This document shows, in pieces, positions 57,459 to 64,000 of a DNA stretch of 64,000 nt. A model generated the notes under the pieces. The model worked only from the letters and a program-made list of their open reading frames with translations. It was not told the DNA's origin and ran no database searches. Position numbers and translations under genes: made by a program. The DNA is taken from the NCBI GenBank assembly GCA_951406725.2, contig OX597820.1:41106001-41170000 (forward strand). Direction: 5' to 3'. Source of the DNA: Octopus vulgaris (taxonomy: Eukaryota). How positions within the stretch are numbered: position 1 is the first letter of the stretch; every line of letters starts with the position of its first letter.

Positions 57459-57625
57459 GTCCCTATTGCTTGACAACTGGCTTTGGATTGTTTACATAAC
57501 CGTTACATAGCGACTCAGTAAAAGAACCCGACAAAATAATTACTACGCTTAAAAAATATGTAACGGGCTGATTTCTTGGACTAAACCCAGGATGGCTATA
57601 GTCCAAAAACAGTAACAAGTAAAAG
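57459..57625 (+). mobile_element. SINE family A, 3' half, diverged
   Basis: ATTGCTTGACAAC..TAGCGACTCAGTAAAAGA..AACAAGTAAAAG. Confidence 0.6.
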
Positions 57626-57734
57626 GTAATATGTATATAAACATGTATATGTGAGGTGGCGTGCGTACTGATTTACAAAGTTTTTGATTTATAGGAGGGT
57701 GTAAAAGGGATATATTAACGACATTTTCTTACAC

Positions 57735-57860
57735 AAATGCTGGGTTATGTAACAAGGGATAGAATGCGAAATGGCTACAAGAAGAGAAATCAGAACTCCT
57801 TCGGGAATAGGTCTCATCGGGAATTTACCTCTGAGAAATAGTGGAATATTAAGCACTCAT
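57735..57860 (+). pseudogene. Possible RTE-type LINE ORF C-terminal relic
   Basis: Translates QMLGYVTRDRMRNGYKKR..K*WNIKH, reminiscent of RTE 'RMLGVTRRDRIRNE..RLRWFGH'. Confidence 0.25.
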
Positions 57861-57948
57861 GAAAGACAGTCGAAATATGAAGGAATATGAGAGATAAAAG
57901 AATACTGTGGAGGATATTCGGTTAACATATATGCATACATGTGTGTAT

Positions 57949-57999
<51 letters not shown>

Positions 58000-58150
58000 T
58001 ATTCACAGATTCGTACGTTCATACATACACATACGTACATACACACACATACATATATACATACACACATACATACATACATACGTACGTACATACATAG
58101 ATACGTACGTATGTATGCATGTATGTATGTATTTTAGGCATGTATTTGTG

Positions 58151-58295
<145 letters not shown>

Positions 58296-58414
58296 TGATT
58301 GATTCATAGATAGATGGAATAGGTCAAAATAGATCCATAGTTGTTCACCTACTGTGTCGAGATCGATAAACGAAGCCTGTTCATTTCACGAAATGCCAGT
58401 ATATTCTACATTTA

Positions 58415-58483
<69 letters not shown>

Positions 58484-60121
58484 ATATCTATTTATCTATG
58501 CAAGTGTTTGTGTATTTGTGTGTGTGTGAAATGTATTATATACTGTTGTTTGAACCATATATGAACGAGATAGTGAGTGTTGAGTGAAGGTGGCATTTGT
58601 TCTGCTTCAGCGATTAAACGAAGAAGGATTTATTTTTAGGACCGATTTCTGTCATGAGCGTGTGCGTATGTCTGTTTATGGGGTGCGAACAGACGTGTGC
58701 ATTATCATGTATGTATGGAGAGATATACCCTCAGGAATAATAGTGGTCGAAAATAGAAAATGTATTATCAATGACATAAAGCAGACGAATCAACCTGCCA
58801 ATCTTGCGAATAAGTCTGCTGTTTCTTAAACAAGCTTTTATTCAAATCAGTAAATTTTTCCCCGTTTTTTTTAATGTATATATTTTTGGTGTGTGTGGAA
58901 TATGCAGAAGCATGAGGCAATGAAATTGAAAAAAAAAATAGTTAATATATATTCTATACAGCTTGTATGTGATCTTTTTGTTGGCTTTGCGGTAAATAAA
59001 GAAATTATTATTGGCAAGCAGTGTAAAATAGACTTAAGCTCTCAGAATACTGAGCCCGCTATCTATGTGGGATTCCCAGTTGGAGTTATTTCTCTTTTAC
59101 TAGCGTTGCTTTTGGCTTTGGAAGAAGCAGTAACGCCATTAATGTTATCTACGATTTACTTTAAATCAATAATAACCTTTTCAATACCCTAGCTATTCTT
59201 ATCAAAGCAGCCTTTGGCATTATCATGTCCTACGTATTATCCCTATCTCAGCTACTTGTCTCATCTAAAAGAAACTATCTACCACTACTTATATCGCATA
59301 TGGTTTTGTATGGTGAGCAAATACTTGAAATCCCACGCCTAACTTAATTATGACAATATCTGCAGTTCTTGCCTTCTTTTCGATTACATATAACCGGTCA
59401 CCTACTTATCAATATTCTTAAGTATATTATTTTCCGAATACTGCCTTCGATTTGCTGACATAGTTGAGACTCCTTATTTCCAAAGTCTTCGTATTATGGC
59501 AGAAAAATTTCCCCTTTGTCGCTATACAAGTTTTAGATGCATTTTTGGAAAGCCAGGTTGAAGAAATTAACAGCATTTATTTGACAAGAAAAATTGTAGA
59601 AGTATATCAAACTTCTCATCTTTGCAACTTTGGTGATGCAATACTTGTAATAAATAAGAATTAAAAGTTGTCCTTTCATGCAAAATTCATTTATCCAACC
59701 AAATCGTTTTTACCACACGCTCTGTAAACTAAATGCACAATACTGTTTCGAACCCTCACTGAAACAATTACACTTCCTTTTTAAGTCTAAATGAAGATCA
59801 CCACAATTCATAATTCTCAACCCTATTCAAAAAAATTCTTGATTGTATGTTCTTCTGAGTGAAAGAGCCATGGTATTATTACAACACACAATCCCTGAGC
59901 TATCACGATATTATAACTCTCATAGTTACTTTCAGAAGAGAATTTTCTGAAAAATACTTTTTCTCTCATTAGTTACTTCTCTTGTAAACCTTTGGTTATT
60001 TTTGAACTGAAGCTATAAAATTCCAGAGGCTCAAATATATATTACACAAGGATTCCAAGTTCAACTGTCATCCTGTAATATACCACCATTGCTTGTCTTC
60101 TATCTTTTCTATATTTTTCAG

Positions 60122-60239
60122 GACGATTTGGTTGGTACCGTTTGTAGTTGACAACAAGAAAGGTTCACTCGGTTTCTTAGTCAACTTTTGGAATCGAGGA
60201 CGAAAGAATCACTTTCGCTGTTTCCTGTCGCGCCCGCTG
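60122..60239 (+). other. Candidate exon (118 nt; one open frame TIWLVPFVVDNKKGSLGFLVNFWNRGRKNHFRCFLSRPL, or UTR)
   Basis: Strong acceptor CTTGTCTTCTATCTTTTCTATATTTTTCAG, donor CTG|GTACGT, higher GC than flanks. Confidence 0.4.
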
Positions 60240-61997
60240 GTACGTAAAGAATACCTATTTCTGATGCATGCATTTGTAGCAGCTGACCTTTCTGCTTTGA
60301 AGGACTAACTATAAAACGTTACTCTCAAGACCAACTACGGAGAACAGTACAGGCATCATTTTCTGGTCATGTGGGGTAACGAAGACTTTTATGCCCATAG
60401 AAATTCCTCAACTTAGTATAAATGATTGAAATACGTGTCTTCAAAATTTCTATTTTGACCTCTTCCTTAGGAGACCATGTCAGTCTCAAATCTTCCTACT
60501 TAAGGAAATGTGTTATATCAACCAATCTTTTACTAGTTTTCTAAAATCCTCTCAAAATCCTCACAGCAAATGTTATCAGTTATGCATAATTCAGACTAAA
60601 TATTAGAATAATCGTATATTATACAACTTGAATTAAATTTGTTTGTTGTCTTGAATTTCCTGGCTTCTTATTTGTTCACATAAACATAAACCCTGATACA
60701 GCTAATTGTCCATTCATACATCTATCATTTATCTATCTCTGCCCTTCTATCAGTCCATGTATTTATCACCCTATTTATCTTTACATCTATTTCTCTAGCT
60801 ATCTATGTGATTATCTATTCATTATTTAACTGCTTGTGTACGAAGAACGATATTACATTATATGTGCACTGAATTTAGAGGATGTGCAAAGCAAGAAATA
60901 AATGAAGTGGGTATGCTCTGTTCATTGTGCATTTGTAGTGTGAATAAACGACAAATAAGACATGAGTAGAGAGAAAAACTGATAATGAGAAGAAATTGTA
61001 CAAGAGAGAAGACTGCGTTATATGGGCATGAAATGTATATTTAGGATGAGAATGAGGTAAAAAAAGTGACATGCGATTTAAGTGGAACGTACCTATAGAA
61101 GAAAGCATAGGAAGATACGGGGGAAAACTGATGAAAGCTGAATAAGATGACAAGGAGCAGCAGCGAGTGGCGGAATGAAGTACTGGGGAATACCCGTCCA
61201 ATTTATTCAAGTATGGGGGAAATGAATGTAAAATGATGGTGATGATGAGGATGACGATGGTGGTCGTCGTGGTGGTTTTGATGACAATAATAATGACGAT
61301 GACTATGTTATAGCTATCATGGTATCATTCTAAACGAGTGTATATGAAGTTATGCTGCTGCCAGTAAATATCTATATGCATGTATTCTAAAACGAAATTC
61401 CTACCCGTTTCTTCACATCTGAAAGTACGATCCATTTTATAAGTCTTATTTTCTAATATTCATTATTTGTCACAATAATGTATTTATAAATTTGAAGCAC
61501 TTGTGAAACACTACATAGCTTTTAAAAAAAAACCTACGAACTTTTAGGAACAGATACTTAGAGTTAGAAATGTACTAAAAGACTCGCATTATATACATAT
61601 GTGCAAATATGCGTATAACAAATATATTATACGCAAATTATTCTTTAAGTACTCTTTAAAAGATACTCCTAAGACTCTTATTCCTTTAAATGTGCATGTG
61701 CATATGCATGTATGCACATGCATATGTTTGTGTAGGTGAGCATGTGAAAGAGAGAAAAGAAAAGAAAAGAAACTAACATTATTTTATTATTTAGATCATA
61801 TGTCTCATTTGTGTGCGTATGCGCGCGTGTGCGTACAAGCGTAAAGAGGTAGAAAAAGGAGAGGTAGAAAGATTGATTGAAAATAGAGGGGAGGGAGAGA
61901 GAAATTACTGTAACACTTCAGCTTGTTTGTGACACAATATCAGAGAGAAGGAAAAGAAGAAAAGCAATGAGATAGACATAGAGAGGGTGAGAAAGAG

Positions 61998-62037
<40 letters not shown>

Positions 62038-63599
62038 AGAGTAGAAATTTAGATATTGTATAATATATAGATTCTTAAAGAAAGGGAGAGAAGGAAAAAG
62101 CTAGAGAGAGAGAGAGAGAGAGAGCAAAGATGTGAAATAGCTTGAGTAAATGTGAGACGGTGAAAAAGAGAGACAGTGAGAAAGAAAGAAAGTAAGAGAA
62201 GGGAAAGGGGGAAAGAGAGGGAGAAAGAATAAATAAGAATGAGAGAGTGTCAGAAGAGCAGAAACTGAAACCTCACCGTGTATACGTAAAATTTTGAGAA
62301 GCATAGTGGTAGAAAAGAGAGAGAATAACATATAAACAAGGAAATGAGGGGGGGTGGAGGGGTGGGGGGGGATAAAAAGAGGAGAATTCGAGTTACTGTC
62401 CCGTTTGTTGTTGTTTGCGCGCACGCGCGCGCACGTGTGTCTTTGTGCGTGTGTGTGTGTGTGTGATCCCAAGATAATTTTCACCATGGGAATATTTGCC
62501 TCTTTGAACATGTTCAACTTGTGGATCAGATGATAAACGGGTAGGAAAAAGAGTAAAGCTGGTGGTGGGGGGGGGGATAAATAAAGAACTCAAGAGTCTC
62601 CTGCTCCCCCTTCCCCTTTCCTCACACACACACACACACAGTCACGCGCACGCGCGCTATTTCCTTCTCTCATACACACTAACATACATTTTCCTTAGGG
62701 ATTTTTGTAATTCTCCCTCCATGCATCCAACAAATTCATCGCGGCATTGACTCGGAAATAATAGGAAATATGTATTTATTTATTATATGCTGCTGCAGCT
62801 CGCTTGATGAGACCTTAAACAAGGCAGTTCCATGTTGTCAATACTAAAAACCACCAACCACCCCCTTTACCTTAGCCTACACTAACTCTTCTACACTTCT
62901 CTCTTCCCTCACTATAACTCAATTCGTATACACCAGCACCAACACTGGCTATTACCCTCCATCCACCATCATCATAGCCACCAAAGCCCATCAGTCACAG
63001 CTAGGAGGATGGGAAATGCGCGGACGACGACTACGGTGACTGTATGCTTCCGAAATACTCCGCCAACAACATCGTCGCCACCACCACCACCAACAACAAC
63101 AACAGCAACAAGATCATCACTTTCCCTAGCAACAACAACTGCAGTTCCAACATTAACCTAACCACCACCACCACCACCACCATCATCATAAACCAGCTGT
63201 GCCACCATTTCTAATAGCATTTCAAACTACCACCACCATCACAAACAAGACCGACCACTTAAATAGCATCTTAACCATCACCATCACCATCACAACAACT
63301 AACATCGTTACAATCACCAATATAACCAGCAACCCCCATCACAACAAAATCCACGCCATCATAATCACTACTACTACTACTACTACTACTATTACTACTA
63401 CCACCACCACCACCACCACTACTACTACCACCACCACCACCACCACCACCACCTCCACCACCACTACTACTACTACTACTACTGCAACGACAACAACAAT
63501 AACAACTACCACACTACCTTTGCCACCACTAAAATCAACATCAAAATTACCATGAACATCAACAATAACAATCACCACAACAACCACCTAATCACCAGC

Positions 63600-64000
63600 A
63601 GCACCACCATCGCCGTTGCCGCCGTCGCCACCGCCGCCGCCGCGGCACCGTCCCTACCACCACCATCACACAAACATATCTTAATACAAAGATGGCTGGT
63701 TGCCATCAACAGTGCTTCGATGTAGAAAAAATATATATATATTTTTTAAAAAAAACGTAACAAAAAAAAAAATGATAATAATAATAAATGAACAGAAATA
63801 TGGCGACGAACAGGGCTTAGTTCTTCAGCTGAGTCATGTCACGTCAGTTGTCGGCCTTCGTAAAACTAACAATTGTTCGTACTCCTTCCTTTCCTAAAAT
63901 CCCTTATACTTCTACCTCTACCTCTCACTCACTCGCTCGCTCGCCTGCTCTCTTTATCGCTGACTTCTCTTTCTCTCACGCTATTTTCCATCTTCTTTCT
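63600..64000. promoter_or_regulatory. Promoter-like CpG-enriched segment
   Basis: (GCC)n-rich tract 63610-63650, YY1-like AATATGGCG 63797-63805, AP-1 TGAGTCA 63830-63836, CRE/ATF-like TCACGTCA 63839-63846, pyrimidine-rich (CTCG)n. Confidence 0.35.

Overview
AT-rich eukaryotic, almost entirely non-coding DNA, saturated with microsatellites ((TA)n, (CA)n, (AGAT)n, (AAT)n, (TAG)n). Repeat content and SINE structure point to an octopus (coleoid cephalopod) intronic/intergenic region; this assignment is inferred, not verified. None of the long six-frame ORFs is credible as a gene: most are microsatellite or SINE translations. I can support about 20 tRNA-derived SINE copies from three families, a decayed Tc1/mariner (maT-like) transposase, faint LINE remnants, a strong 36-nt micro-exon candidate (TARPLRRRRRSS), a second exon candidate and a promoter-like end. 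The most interesting signal is a set of short elements embedded in (TA)n tracts that carry hammerhead ribozyme (HHR) motifs, probably Penelope-like/retrozyme-type. They include a perfect 128-bp palindrome encoding a complete HHR on each strand, an HHR with a very long helix II, and three copies of an element with a circularly permuted HHR-like core. Several fold-backs could form dsRNA. All folds and alignments were done by eye; no searches were run.
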